DNA of 64,000 nt from Eledone cirrhosa. Its lineage: Eukaryota. Shown piece after piece: positions 26,921 through 39,262 of the stretch. Location: positions 191,704,001-191,768,000 of the forward strand of contig OZ024741.1 in assembly GCA_964016885.1 (NCBI GenBank), written 5' to 3'. The translations under genes and the position numbers were made by a program. The notes under the pieces were generated by a model. That model saw nothing but the letters and a program-made list of their open reading frames with translations, did no database searches and was not told the origin of the DNA. Numbering within the stretch: position 1 is the first letter of the stretch; every line of letters starts with the position of its first letter.

Positions 26921-26922
<2 letters not shown>
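23047..26922 (-). mobile_element. Apparently full-length RTE LINE subfamily B in (TA)n
   Basis: 5'UTR, single ORF, 3'UTR with an internal duplication, (GAT)n tail, TA on both sides. Confidence 0.95.
23549..26569 (-). CDS. Intact RTE polyprotein: APE endonuclease plus reverse transcriptase with PHD finger (1006 aa)
   Basis: [57 protein letters not shown]; no stops. Confidence 0.95.
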   Translation of the reverse strand: MNVGTLKGRSNEVVEMLERKEVDVCCIQETRWRGGSARFIVGKERCYKLFWVGNDNGLGGVGIMVAEKWADKIIDVNRVNNRIIKIRLVLNKTTVTVISAYAPQSGLPGAIKDRFYETLMLATSQITDSDYIVIAGDLNGHVGQHCDGYDGIHGGYGFGTRNEEGSRILEFCDANNLTICNTNFKKRDNHLITYRSGEHTSQVDYILTRRRDRVSVVNTKSHPHEEFTSQHRLIISDLIVRTRRTRQRKRTILRRKIWKLKDPIARNKFQSILLDAFDSKEEQLESYNIEEQWEFLRANLLTAADEVCGWSRPVGRRRVTWWWNSKVEESIKAKKQAWKVWRDGGSREDYQVARREARRQVYFARREAEERKFKHVLQREDQKREVFRIARQCVKENRDIVGEKCVLNDDGILAITDADKKVAWKCHYERLLNEENKWEKDSLPQIDPIEGPAVLVEGSIISKAIKDMKTGKAAGPSEIVAEMLKASGSVGHTMVTRIVNQVVQNGVVPKKWRSSIIVNCYKGKGDALDRSNYRGIKLIDQVMKVTEKVIAQLIRERIDLDEMQFGFVSGKSTTDALFIVRQLQEKYLAKSKPLYLAFVDLEKAFDRVPRSIIWWSLRKLGVDEWLVRAIQAMYKETVSKVRINNEYSEEFSVKVGVHQGSVLNPLLFIIALQAITEEFKTGCPWELLYADDLTLIAESMTELEKKFQTWKHGLESKGLKINLAKTKVLVCRKENKAAVPSGKWPCSVCRKGVGRDSILCPKCKVWVHKRCSGITGKLTKNIDFTCGRCSGAISSSKCPQNTSSFNCAEGSIEIVDSFRYLGDKISSGGGCSESTVARVRTGWKKFRELIPLLAARGFSLKMKGRLYDACIRTAMLHGSETWALCAEDIRRLERNEACMLRWMCNSNIRERQSINELRKKLEIRGIRCCLLERRLRWYGHVMRMKDNSCITKCRAIKIDGSHGVGRPRKTWDELINSDLTRLHLSKTMSLDRDLWRYSVIEKTRLT

Positions 26923-26979
<57 letters not shown>

Positions 26980-27022
26980 TATATGAAATATAAGAATCAA
27001 AGAACTGTTCAAAACATTATTG

Positions 27023-27069
27023 TGCTTACAGCTGTTTCCTCCAAACCGAGGTTTGGATTCTTCGGAGCA
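27023..27069 (-). ncRNA. Type I hammerhead-like motif with variant core CCGAAGA
   Basis: UGCU-CCGAAGA-A-UCCAAACC-uc-GGUUUGGA-G-GAAAC-AGCU-GUA/AGCA; lies in a repeat (about 26983-27130) with an inverted homologue at 28200-28297 plus 30035-30075. Confidence 0.65.
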
Positions 27070-28019
27070 ATTTATTAATGCATGGACAGTTATATGACCT
27101 CCTTTTCAGCCGAGAGACATACCAATACATATTCAAACATTGATACATATTCAAACATTGTGGGTCAACATTCATTACAGAATTTAGAGTGGCAGTACAC
27201 ACTTCGAGATTACATTTATATTAATAGGTACAATCAAAAATCAAAAATATAGGTTAAAATACAACATGAAGATAAGCAGTTATATAGTGCAAATGTTATA
27301 TGTGTGGCACGCATGTGCGTCTTGTTTATATAGTGTGGCAGAGAGATATGTGTGGTAGAGGCACTTAGGTAGGTAAATAAGAGTGTTAGGTTGGTAGATC
27401 TGGTGGCAAATTCTTTATATGATTGATATAGTCTGTGTGTGGAGAAATATTATAAGCATTAAAGATAGTGCAAGCATTAAAAGTGTTATAAGTAATGGAG
27501 ATGCACAGCGCAGGGATGTCAAGTATTTCATGTACTTCGGCATTTTCATGGTCAGGGGAGTGTATTTTTCGATTATATGCCCTTCACATAATCCACGACA
27601 ATCCAGTTAGAGATCGTAGTCTGGTGTTCTTTAGTTCGATACAGGAGGTTGTTACGTTTCTAGAAACGCCATTGAATACCCCCCGGAAGTGTGTGTGTGG
27701 CAAAGGGGAGTTAATGCATGCGGGGAGGTAACTCTGGGGTTTCTATATCTAGCCATTAAAATGTGTCCCAATATAGACCCTAAATTCTATGGTGATGCGC
27801 ATCTTCCAAGAGAGATTTTTAAAGCATAAAGTGTATTAACTATAGAGTAGTTTAATTAAGTTATGCTGAAGGTGATCATATTATTATGGTGGATTAACCC
27901 ATCTTAAGGTGCCACAAATGGAAATTATAGATGATGAGCGAGGATTCTAAATTAATGATCTCTGTGGTTGTAGTCTGCTCATATGACCAGGCGCGGTGAT
28001 TGCAGGCTTGCTTCAGAAC

Positions 28020-28168
28020 CCAGTCCTATCTTCTCATTTCTACAGCTGAGTAAACTGGAGCAATGTGAAATAAAGTGTCTTGCTCAAGGAAACAACACAT
28101 CACCCGGTCTGAGAATTGAACTCACAACCTTTCGATTGCAAGGCCAATGCTCTAACCACTAAGCCTCC
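28020..28168 (-). mobile_element. SINE family 2 fragment (tRNA head plus core)
   Basis: Reverse complement of about 12975-13120. Confidence 0.85.
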
Positions 28169-28255
28169 ATTATATGTATATATATGTATATATATGTATC
28201 TGTATGTCTCATGTGTTGGAAAGGAGGTCATGTATGTAAACAAACATTGAAAAAT

Positions 28256-28297
28256 GCTCCGAAGACTCCAAACCTCGGTTTGGATGAAACAATTGTA
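28256..28297 (+). ncRNA. Hammerhead-like motif (CCGAAGA core) split by an RTE insertion
   Basis: GCU-CCGAAGA-C-UCCAAACC-uc-GGUUUGGA-U-GAAAC-AAUU-GUA; the helix I partner AGC resumes at 30035. Confidence 0.6.
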
Positions 28298-30027
28298 TAA
28301 AGTTGATGGACCAGGTCATGAAAGTAACAGAAAGAGTTATAGCACAGCTGATTAGGGACCGGGTGAATATAGACGAGATGCAATTTGGGTTTGTTCCAGG
28401 GAAAGGCACCACTGATGCGCTCTTCCTTGTGAGGCAATTACAGGAAAAGTACCTAGCTAAAAGTAAGCCACTCTACTTGGCATTTGTCGACCTTGAGAAA
28501 GCCTTTGACAGAGTTCCACGTGCAGTAATCTGGTGGGCTCTTAGAAAACTAGGAGTAGATGAATGGCTTGTGAAAGCGGTACAAGCCATGTATAGGGGAG
28601 CAGTCAGCAAAGTTAGGATTGGCAATGAGTATAGCGAGGAATTTAGCGTACAGGTTGGGGTCCACCAGGGCTCTGTTCTTAGCCCTCTCCTGTTCATCAT
28701 AGTCCTGCAGGCAATAACGGAGGAGTTTAAGACCGGATGCCCATGGGAACTCCTGTATGCTGATGACCTCGCACTCATAGCTGAATCTATGGTAGAACTA
28801 GAGAATAAATTCCAAACCTGGAAGCAGGGACTAGAGAGAAAGGGCCTCAAAGTCAACATGACAAAGACTAAGGTCCTTATAAGTAGACGAGAAAACAGAA
28901 CCCAGATCCCCTCGGGGAAATGGCCTTGCTCAGTATGTAGGAAAGGTGTAGGTAGGAACTCCATTCTTTGCCCCAAATGCAAACAATGGGTACACAAGAG
29001 ATGTAGCGGGATCTCAGGAAGCTTAATTAAGAATGTAGGATTCACATGCAGCAGCTGTGCTGAAACAGCAAGCAAACAGCCACAGGAAACAAGTACCACC
29101 AATCTCTGGGAGGGCCCTGTAGAAACAGTAGACAGCTTCTGCTACCTAGGTGACCGAATTAGCAACGGAGGTGGGTGCTCAGAAAGTACAATAACTAGGG
29201 TAAGAACGGGATGGAAGAAGTTTAGGGAACTACTACCACTGCTAGCTGCAAAAGGCTTCTCCCTCAGAATGAAAGGCAGACTGTATGATGCGTGTATCCG
29301 AACAGCGATGTTGCATGGTAGTGAGACCTGGGCGCTGAAGGTGGAAGACCTACGTAGATTAGAGAGAAACGAAGCCTGCATGCTCCGATGGATGTGTAAC
29401 AGTAATATACGTGAACGACAAAGCATAAATGAATTGAGAGAGAGACTGAGCATAAGAGGAATCAAATGCTGCGTGCAGGAGAGGCGGTTACGCTGGTATG
29501 GACATGTGATGCGTATGAAGGATGACAGCTGCATAAAAAGGTGCAGAGCACTAGAAGTTGATGGAAACCGCGGAGTGGGGAGACCCAAGATGACTTGGGA
29601 TGAGGTGATAAAAGCCGACCTTACCCAACTACACCTCTCAAAGTCAATGACACACGACCGTGACTTCTGGCGTCACGCAGTAATACAGGGTACCCGACCT
29701 CCCATGGGTACATGCTGAAGCATATAAACAATATGCCCCCCCCCCCCCCCCCCCCACCGCAAGGTGGTCGTGGAGGTGCCACGGCAAAAAAGCACCCAGC
29801 CCACACTGTAAAGTGGACGTGTAGGCGCCACGAAAAAGCACCCAGCACTCACTGTAAATGAGGTTGGTGTTAGGAAGGGCATCCAGCTGTAGAAATCAAG
29901 CCAGATCAGTTCCTGTATGAGCAAGGCATGGTCAGCCGACCAGACACTGCCCACAACAGGACAACCCGTCTAACCCATGCTAGCGTGGAAGAACGGACGT
30001 AAAACGGTGATGATGATGATGATGATG
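28295..30027 (+). mobile_element. RTE subfamily A, 5'-truncated, with 7-bp TSD AATTGTA
   Basis: ORF 28303..29718 differs from the 18479 ORF at about 3 residues; TSD at 28291-28297 and 30028-30034. Confidence 0.95.
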
Positions 30028-30314
30028 AATTGTAAGCTAATAAATGGTTTGAACAGAACTTTGATTCATGTGAATTCTATATAACTGCTCTGTAATACAA
30101 CTGATGTTATTACATTGAGCTATTATCTTACTGGTAATAAGGTAGTAATAAATTACTGGCTTTCACTGTTTAGCGTTTAAAATATATATAACTATAAAAA
30201 GTTTTAGTATATACATAACCATAAATAGTATCCTTAATACTATATGTATATATATATATGTGTGTGTGTATGTATATATATATATATGTATATGTATGTA
30301 TATATATGTATGTA

Positions 30315-30485
30315 CACTGTAAATGTGGTTGGTGTTAGGAAGGGCATCCAACTGTAGAAAACCCGCCAGACAGTCCTATGCGAGCAAGACAACCACTCTT
30401 GCCTCAAGTGGGAAAACCCCCGTCCAAACCCATGCAAGCGTGGAACACGGACGCTAAACCTGATGATGATGATGATGATGATGAT
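30315..30485 (+). mobile_element. RTE-B 3' terminal fragment in TA-rich repeat
   Basis: Matches the reverse complement of about 23047-23210; (GAT)n tail. Confidence 0.85.
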
Positions 30486-30534
30486 ATATATATATGTATA
30501 CATATATATGTATATATATACATGTATATATGTA

Positions 30535-30808
30535 TGTGTTGTTTCCTTGAGCAAGACACTTTATTTCACATTGCTCCAGTTTACTCAGCTGTAGAAATGA
30601 GATGATAGGGACGGAGGTCCCTATCATTCCACTGTAAAGTGGTCGTGGAGGTGCCACGGCAAAAAAGCACCCAGCACTCACTGTAAATGAGGTTGGTGTT
30701 AGGAAGGGCATCCAGCTGTAGAAATCAAGCCAGAATCAGTTCCCGTCCCACCCTTGCAAGCAGGGAAAAGCGGACGTAAAATGAAATGATGATGATGATG
30801 ATGATGAT
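30535..30808 (+). mobile_element. SINE family 2, 5'-truncated
   Basis: Homologous to about 13043-13298. Confidence 0.85.
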
Positions 30809-30899
30809 ATATGTATATATATATATATATATATGTTTATATATATATTTATATATATATGTATGTATATATATATGTATGTGTATATAGATATATATA

Positions 30900-33700
30900 C
30901 TCAAACTTCCTTCACTCTGCTCTCCACCTGCCATCACCAGACATACTCATTTTTCCTCCAACCCTATCCCTTTTATCCCGTCACCTACCAACCCTTTTTG
31001 TCTCACCACCACTGAATCTGAAGATACCTTGCCTAACCATCTCAGCCCCTCTGTCTCTGCCACTTTCACTCCCTCATGTACCTCCACTGTTGTCGAGATT
31101 TGCGTTTTATACCAACCACATCAACCTGTGATGAGTTCCGCACATGTGTCGAGATTGAAGCGTCCTTTTGTCAACTAAAGGTCAAAGGTTTTTTCCACGG
31201 CATCATCACCATGGACGTACGGCTTCACTAGTCTCAGTTGCTGGTAATCACACTGGACGCCAAACTCTGGCCAGTCCAGTACGCTCGACTCCTTTGTGGA
31301 CACTTACCGGCATACAGAGATCCGGTTCGATTTCCATCAGCATTCTTGTTGTACCAACCTCAATTGGGTCCAACTCTCCACTCTTTGCAGCCTATTTCGC
31401 TACCAACAGATCGTGTCCTCCACCATTCACCATCTCATCTACTCCTCTCTCCTAGCCACCAACCTTATGGTACGTACCCCTTGCACACCCACTATCTATT
31501 CCCCCCCCCCCCCATAATACACAAACCAAATAATCTCGGCCATCCTATCATTTTCGCCTTCAAGTGCCCCACCGAAATCATCTCATAATGCCTGGATACC
31601 CTCCTAGCCCTGTTAGTCGTCTACTTCCCCTCCCACACCCACAACACCAACTTTTAGACTCCTTCTCCTGCCCTCCTGGCCCATCTCGCCTTCTCTTCAC
31701 CTTGGACATCTACAGTCATCCTTCGTGATGATGGCCACTGTGCTTTCCGACATTTTTGGACCTACGCCCTACCCCTTATCCCAACATTACCACTCTTCTC
31801 CGTCTGGCTGAGATGTTCTGACCCTCATTGGGTTTTCATTTTCCTGTGAATTCTACCAGTAAGTCTCTGGGGTAGCGATGAAAACCAGAATGGGTCCAAA
31901 CTATGCCAACTTTTTTGTTGGCTACGTCGAAGCCCACATCTCCCAGTACACTGGACCTACTCCTGAGCTATACGGTCATTATATCGACGACTATATTGGC
32001 GCCACCTCTCTATCACATGAACAGCTCGACTGCTTTCTTGCCTTTATTCAATCTTGTCATCTCGCTCTCATCTTTACCACCTCCAACTCCGATTCTTCTC
32101 TCCCTTTTCTTGATATCTCTCTCTATCGATCACTCTCACCACACCCTCTCTACTTCTATCTTCTATAAACCTACTGACTCCCACTCTTACCTCGATTTCA
32201 CCTTCTCCCATCCAGCCTACACCAAACTCTCCATACCCTACTCCCAATTCCTCCCTTTTCATCGGCTCTATAGCCAGGAACACTATTTCGAAACACCTTC
32301 CCTTCACATGGCCTCCCGCTTCATCCAGCATCGATATCCCCCAACCCTAATCCACGCTGCCCTCACCCACACCCATGAAACTGACCGTACCACAGCCCTC
32401 TCACTCTACCATCTCTCTCCCAACACCCACCTTTTCCTCAGACCAACCACCCCATCACCCTACCTCTTCGATGACATATTCTCCGTTTCTTCCGTACCCT
32501 CACTTCTGACCCCATAACTTCTCGCTTTTTCCCTAACCCACTTATCATTACATTTAAGCGCACCCGTAATCTCCGCTACCTCTTGGTACGCAGTTCCTTC
32601 TCTTCTCCTACGACTCCACCCAGCTCTCCTCCTTGTTATCGTCTCCACTGTAACAGCTGTCCTTTCATTTCCAACCTCACCACTCTCACAGGCACCAACG
32701 GTTTATTCCGTATCTGCCACACCGTCACCTGCACCTCCCCCCACGTAGTCTATGCTCTCCAGTGTTTCCCTAGTGGACAAACTGGACGCCGTTAGGCGGA
32801 CCGTTTTGCTGAACATTTGAGGGACATATGACTCGGTATGGAAACTCCCGTCACCCGTCATTTCCGTTCCCCAGGTCACTCTTCCCTACATGTCTCAGTC
32901 TTTGCTGTCCTTTTACATCACACATTACAGGCCTCACGCACCAGGACTGAACAGAGTCTGATTTTCAGCCTTGAGTCCTGTTTCCCCAATGGACTTAACT
33001 CCCTTCCCCAATTACTTTAATATTACTCATATACGTTCATGCTTACTTCTCTACCCCTTGTAACCACCACGTTTACGCGGTCCATTGTCACACACGCACT
33101 TGTACATTCACCCCTAGATTCCTATCGCTCTCTTATGGTCAGAAACATATACTCTTACTGCTGATACAGACCAAATAAATACACACACACCTCTATTTTC
33201 CCCTTCACAGAGCTGTATACACACACACACATACACACCCTTATATTAACATACTTCTACTTATAGCTTCATACTTACAAGCACATACACATACTTTCTG
33301 ACTTACGCATACACACACATATCCTCTTAGCTTTGTACGGATGTATAATAACACACACACGTATAGCTCTATATACAAAACGTTTTTTTTTCCCTTTCAG
33401 ATAGACGCGCTCCATCATCCACTTTTCTAATAAAGTATATCATACACAAAACGCCAGCATCAACAGTTTTCCAAGAGATGATAACATGAACGGACCTGCT
33501 ATTTTTCTCTACAAAAATATTTTCCAATTCTGCCCTGCCCATCCCTTCAATCTTTCTAATTTCTCATTGTTTCTTCTGATTAAGGACTAGCGTCCAAAAC
33601 GTTCAGACACTCTTCCTGCTATTTCAATCGTTAAACTAATATATTCCTTCCATATACTGTACCGTTTCAGTTGTTATTTCTGTTTACATTTTACGTACAT
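30900..33700 (+). mobile_element. Degenerate Penelope-like element (Neptune-like): RT plus GIY-YIG
   Basis: GVAM..RMGPNYANFFVG, YIDD, PFLDI, YKPTDSHSYLDF, SIPYSQ, CNSCPF, VVYALQC..GQTGR, RFAEH; decayed HHR CTGATTA-AGGAC...GTCC-AAAAC at 33576-33600. Confidence 0.85.
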
Positions 33701-33756
33701 ATATATATATATATATGTTTTGCAAGGTTTTGATATAAAATCGTGTGTCGAAACAA

Positions 33757-34369
33757 ATATTGTTATACTTGGGGAGGGTCATATTGTTGTAATATTGCCA
33801 AAAATAATAACAGAACACATTCACTGTTTGGATGGTTTTCGCTTCTGTATCTTTTATATCTCCATAGATAATTTATTTGGCAATCAATATTTATCATTGA
33901 TAGACCAGCGGTTAAAAATACAGATATATATATATCCATTTTAATTTTTATTTATTTAATTATTTATTCTTGTCTCTTTCTCTGTGCATGCGTTTGCATG
34001 AGTGTATAGTGTTTGGTGTGTGTGTTTGCATTTGAGTTTGTGTTTTTGTTTTTGTATTCTATCTTTGTTCACTAGTGTGTGTTTATATGTGTTTGTTGTT
34101 ATTGTACTGTATATACTTATTTATTTACTTATTTATATTTCCCTTAATATCAGTATTTTTTGTTTGGGTATGTTTGTTGTTATTCCATTTGTTTTTTTCT
34201 GTTTAATTTCGGTCTTCTTATTTCTATCTCAGTTGCTTCTCTGATTTGCCAAATAAATTAACTATGGAGATATAAAAGATACAGAAGCGAAAACCAACCA
34301 AACAGTGAGTGTGTTCTGTTATTATTTCTGGCAATATTACAATATGACCCTCCCCAAGTATAACAATAT
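33757..34369. mobile_element. MITE/foldback-like element with about 128-bp terminal inverted repeats
   Basis: 33757-33886 (ATATTGTTATACTTGGGGAGGGTCATATT...) is the reverse complement of 34242-34369. Confidence 0.7.
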
Positions 34370-34390
34370 ATGTATATATATATATATATA

Positions 34391-36940
34391 TCATCATCAT
34401 CATCTTCGTTTAACGTCCATCTTCCACGCTAGCATGGGTTAGACGGGAGTTGTCCCACTTGAGGCAAGGCTGGTTGAGTGACCGTGTTTCGCTCATATAG
34501 GACTATCTGGCAGGTTTTCTACGGCTGAATGCCCTTCCTAACACCAACCACGTTTACAGTGTGGAACTGGGAGATTTTTACCATGTTACCTACACGGCCA
34601 CATTACAGCGTGGACTGTGTGTTTTTTTTTGTCGTGACACACGATCTCAATCTCATTATTTGGACTGGATGTTGTGGTACCAACTTTACAGAGAGAGGTT
34701 GGTGGGAGTGGGAGCATAGGGTACGAGTAGTGGATTGAGGTGTATATTTGGTTAAGAGGTGCCTACTAACTGTAGGTTTCGCTTTGTACATAGGCAAGGC
34801 GGGTCATCTGTATAAAATCTGTAGCGCCAAAGATCTCGGTCCAGTGACATTGTCTTAGAGAGGTGCAAGTGTGTAAAGGTCGGAATTTAACCAGATCGTC
34901 CCAGGTTTTTCTGGGTCTACCTACTCCGTAACTACCATCAATTTTGATCGCCCTGCACTTTTTTTATACAGCTGTCGTCTTTCAAGCACATCAGGTGGCC
35001 ATACCAACATAGTCTTCTCTCAAGTAAACAGCATCTGATCACTCTTATTCTTAATTTCTCACTTAGTCCATTTATGCTTTGCCGTTCACGTATATTACTA
35101 TTACACATCCAACGGAGCATGCATGCTTCGTTCCTTTCCAGTCTGAGCAGGTCCTCTGCACGTAATGCCCATGTCTCACTGCCATGTAACATTGCTGTGC
35201 GCATACAGGCATCATACAATCTGCCTTTCGTTTTTAGAGAGAAACCTTTTGTGGCCAACAGCGGTATAAGCTCTCTGAACTTTTTCCATCCCGTTCTGAC
35301 TCTGGCTTATTGTACTTCAGAGCACCCTCCACCACTGCTGATTTTGTCACCCAGGTAACGGAAAGTGTCCACTATTTCTATAGAACTATCTGGGCAGTAG
35401 AAGGAGCTAGTATCCTGTGAGCACTTGCTACTTATTGTACCTGAGCATCGGCCACATATAAAATCTACGTTCTTAGATAGCTTATCTGTGATCCCACTAC
35501 ATCTTTTATGTACCCATAGTTTGCATTTGGGACATAAAATGGAACTTCTACCTACTTCTTTCCTACACACTGAGCATGGCCATTTTCCAGAGGGCACCTA
35601 TGCCCTATTTTCCTTTCTACTAGTCTTAGACAAGTTAACTTTAAGTCCTTTTGATTCTAGGCCATGTTTCAATGTTTGGAATTTCTTCTCTAGTTCAGCC
35701 ATAGATTCAGCTATGAGAGTTAGATCATCTGCGTATAGAAGTTCCCATGGGCAGCCAGTCTTAAACTCCTCTGTTATAGCCTGAAGGGCAATAATAAATA
35801 GGAGGGGGCTAAGGACAGAGCCTTGATGAACACCAACTTTTACGCTAAATTCTTCACTATATTCATTGTTAATTCTAACCTTACTGACTGTTTCTTTATA
35901 CATGGCTTGTATAGCTCTCACAAGCTATTCATCTACACCTAGTTTTCTAAAGGCCCACCAGATAATGGAGCGGGGGACTCTGTCAAAGGCTTTCTCCAAG
36001 CCAACAAAAGCTAAGTAGAGGGGTTTACTTTTAGGTAGGTACTTTTCCTGTAATTGTCGTACAAGGAAAAGAGCATCTGTGGTACTTTTTCCTGACGCAA
36101 ACCCAAACTGCATTTCATCTAGATCAGTTCGATCTCTGATTAGTTGCGCTATAACTCTTTCTATGACCTTCATGACCTGGTCAACTAACTTAATGCCTCT
36201 ATAGTTTCCTCTATATAGAGCATCCCCTTTACCCTTGTAGCAGTTAATGATGATGCTGCTACGCCAGTCTTTTGGTATGACCCCATTCTGTATTACTTGG
36301 TTAACTATATGGGTGACCATAGTATGTCCCACCATTCCAGATGCCTTCAACATCTCAGTAACTATCTCCGAAAGCCCAGCTGCCTTGCCTGACTTCATAT
36401 CTTTGATTGCCTTATTTATTATACTACGCTGGTCCTTCTATTGGATCGATTTGGGGCAGACTATCTTTTTCCCATTTATTCTCCTCATTTAATAGTCTCT
36501 CGTAGTGACACTTCAGGCTATCTTCTTATCAGTATCAGTGAGGGCAAGTACACCATTATCATTACGGACACACTTCTCCCTGACAATATCACGGTTTTCC
36601 TTGACACATTGTCTAGCAATCCTGAACACCTCACGTTTTTGGTCCTCACGTAGAACATGCTTGAACTTTCTATCCTCTGCTTCCCTTTTTGCAAGGTACA
36701 CTTGTCTCCTCTCTTCTCTCCTGGCCACTTGATAGTGTTCTCTACTTCCCCCATCTTGCCATACTTTCCAGACCTGCTTTTTGGCCTTGATTGTCTCCTC
36801 CACCTTACTGTTCCACCACAAAGTTACTCTTCTCCTGCCAATAGGTCTGCTCCAGCCACAGATTTCATCCGTTGCTTTCAGCAAGTTCACTTTCAAGAAT
36901 TCCCACTGTTCCTCTATATTGCACGTCTCTAATTGCTTAG
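34391..36940 (-). mobile_element. RTE subfamily C, defective and 5'-truncated
   Basis: ORFs 34938, 35307, 35598, 35925 and 36513; (GAT)n tail adjacent to TA. Confidence 0.9.
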
Positions 36941-37096
36941 TAATAATAGTAGTAGTGGTGGTGGTAATAGTAGTAGTAGTAGTGGTAATAATAGTAGTAG
37001 TAGTGGTGGTGGTCATAGTAGTGGTGGTGGTAGTAGTGGTAGTGGTGGTGGTAATAGTAGTAGTGGTGGTGGTAATAGTAGTGGTGGTGGTGGTAA

Positions 37097-37127
<31 letters not shown>

Positions 37128-37128
37128 G
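36940..37128. repeat. (GTA/GTG)n compound trinucleotide repeat
   Basis: Direct reading. Confidence 0.9.
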
Positions 37129-37159
37129 TCAAATCAAAATGATAATAGAAGTGTTACTG

Positions 37160-37360
37160 ATAATAATAATAATAGTAATCGGGGGAGGGAAAGTCGATTA
37201 AACTGACCCCAGTGCATACGGGTACGTTATTTTATCAACTCTGTAAGGGTGAAAGGCAAAGTTAACCTTGGCGGGATTTGAACTCAGAATGTAAAGGTCC
37301 ATAACTCTATGCTACAAAGCATGGTGTCCGACACTCTACCGATACTGCCAATCTAGCACC
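37160..37360 (-). mobile_element. SINE family 1
   Basis: Reverse complement homologous to 556-735 and 7491-7680; ATT tail. Confidence 0.75.
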
Positions 37361-37997
37361 CTTGATAGTCAATAATCGTAAAATGTAAAAAACTTGTCTT
37401 TTGCTTTGTGTAATATTTCTCTCTCTAGCTCTCTGTATGATATATATACATAGGAAAAGAGTCGGGACCCCGACAGCTGAGCTCTGGCCATTTCGATAGC
37501 TAGGTCAAAATGGCCAGAGCTCAGCATTGGGGTCCTGACTCTTTTCCTATTACCCACTCTACTACCCTAAGTATCGAGTACTCTGGTGTGTTGTGGTCCA
37601 CCTGGTTCCTTACCACACTTCCTTCGTTATATATATATAGAGGTAGAACACTGGAAGGTAATATCTGTAGTGGTAGAGCACTCAGTCCATGGGACGAGTT
37701 AGGTAGAAGTGGTAAGACAACAGTTACTGCCGAGAGCAGTTGTTTCACCTTAGCGGATCTTGAGCTGAAGAATTGTATCTTACACCTCATTAAAACCCAG
37801 ACAAGGGCACCTAAATTCATCTTTGATATAGAAATCTTTAGAAGATATTCTTTATTGATTTGGAAGAGAAGAGTTGATTCAGCTATGCCATTATAAACTC
37901 AGCAAAGGTGGGCTAATGAAATAAAACCAGCAGGACATTAGGTTTATGACTACCTTCTCAAACACCCTTATCTTACAATCTCAACATTTTCTGAGTG

Positions 37998-38037
<40 letters not shown>

Positions 38038-38472
38038 TATGTATGTATACTTTAATTCCTCAGGACCTTCATCAACACTCATTAACACCACACGCCATAC
38101 CCCAGACACATCCAAATCTCTCTCTTCAACACAACCTGATCTCAGTTTGACGATCGCCACAGACAGACGAATGCGAGAAAGTTCTCCAACCCAAGTTAAC
38201 CAGGGATCTCTAAAATTCTTCCCACTGAAGTTAACAAAGAACTTACTGGATCTACCAACTCATAATATTATATTATATTATATTATAACATTAAATACAC
38301 TGGGATAATTGCTGGTCTTGTGCCAAAAGTAGAAACAATTATATTATAACATTAAATCATAAAATTTTTTAACACAAGTGAAGTCATTTTTTTCCTTTTT
38401 TTCAAATATACCTAACTGTACCAAGGATCTCACACATTTTCCAATATATATATATGTTTCTTTTTATTTTTT

Positions 38473-38516
<44 letters not shown>

Positions 38517-38599
38517 TCGCATGTATCTGTGTATTTCTTTATATTGTGTATATATATATATATATGTATGTGTTCGCATGTATCTGTATTTCATTATAT

Positions 38600-38646
<47 letters not shown>

Positions 38647-39262
38647 CATGAGAAGAAAGAAGAATACTGTGTGGTTTGCACATGGGTTACATATGATAAA
38701 AATAGTCCTTCGTCAGTGATTTTCCAACCATCATTGGTATTTCATCGCATTAAAAATCAGATACCTCAGGTTGGTGCGAGCAATAACTATAAAAAAAGTT
38801 ATTGAGACCAGAATTCGCGTAAGGCGAGGAGGACAAGTAAACAACATAGAAGGATAAAAGCAAACCGAAGATAGGAAAATAAACAAGCAGCATGGTTGTC
38901 CGGTCAGCATAAACTGGGTGGATTTCATGAGCGAGAGAGGTACAGACCGTGTTGATGTGAACAAGAAGAGACCCACACAAGCCAAACGGGAGGAAGTGAG
39001 AAGGGGAGAAACAGAGAGTGAGTGAGTGGAAGTGTGAGGAAGAGGTCAGTCGAGAGAAAGTGTAACTGACAGAGGGGGCGAAAGAAGGTGAGAGAAATAT
39101 ATATGTATATATATATACATACATGCACACATATATATATGTACGTATGGATTCACCGAACATTTATTATAATGCTCGGTGTGTTTGTAAACAAACATCC
39201 CGAATTAAGCTGTACAGTGTCTAGCAACCATCGTTGCTCATTTGTTCAACCCTGACAAAGGA

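Noticed and set aside
26570-26922. HDV-like ribozyme in the RTE-B 5'UTR
   Set aside because: CATTCTCG/CGAGAATG pairing and GGCTAA are present, but P1.1 and P2 could not be built.
36781-37206. Val-rich and Ser/Gly-rich ORFs
   Set aside because: Translations of the GTA/GTG microsatellite.
38700-38730. CTGACGAAGGAC on the minus strand as a hammerhead
   Set aside because: No matching helix II strand or GAAA follows; at most a PLE remnant.
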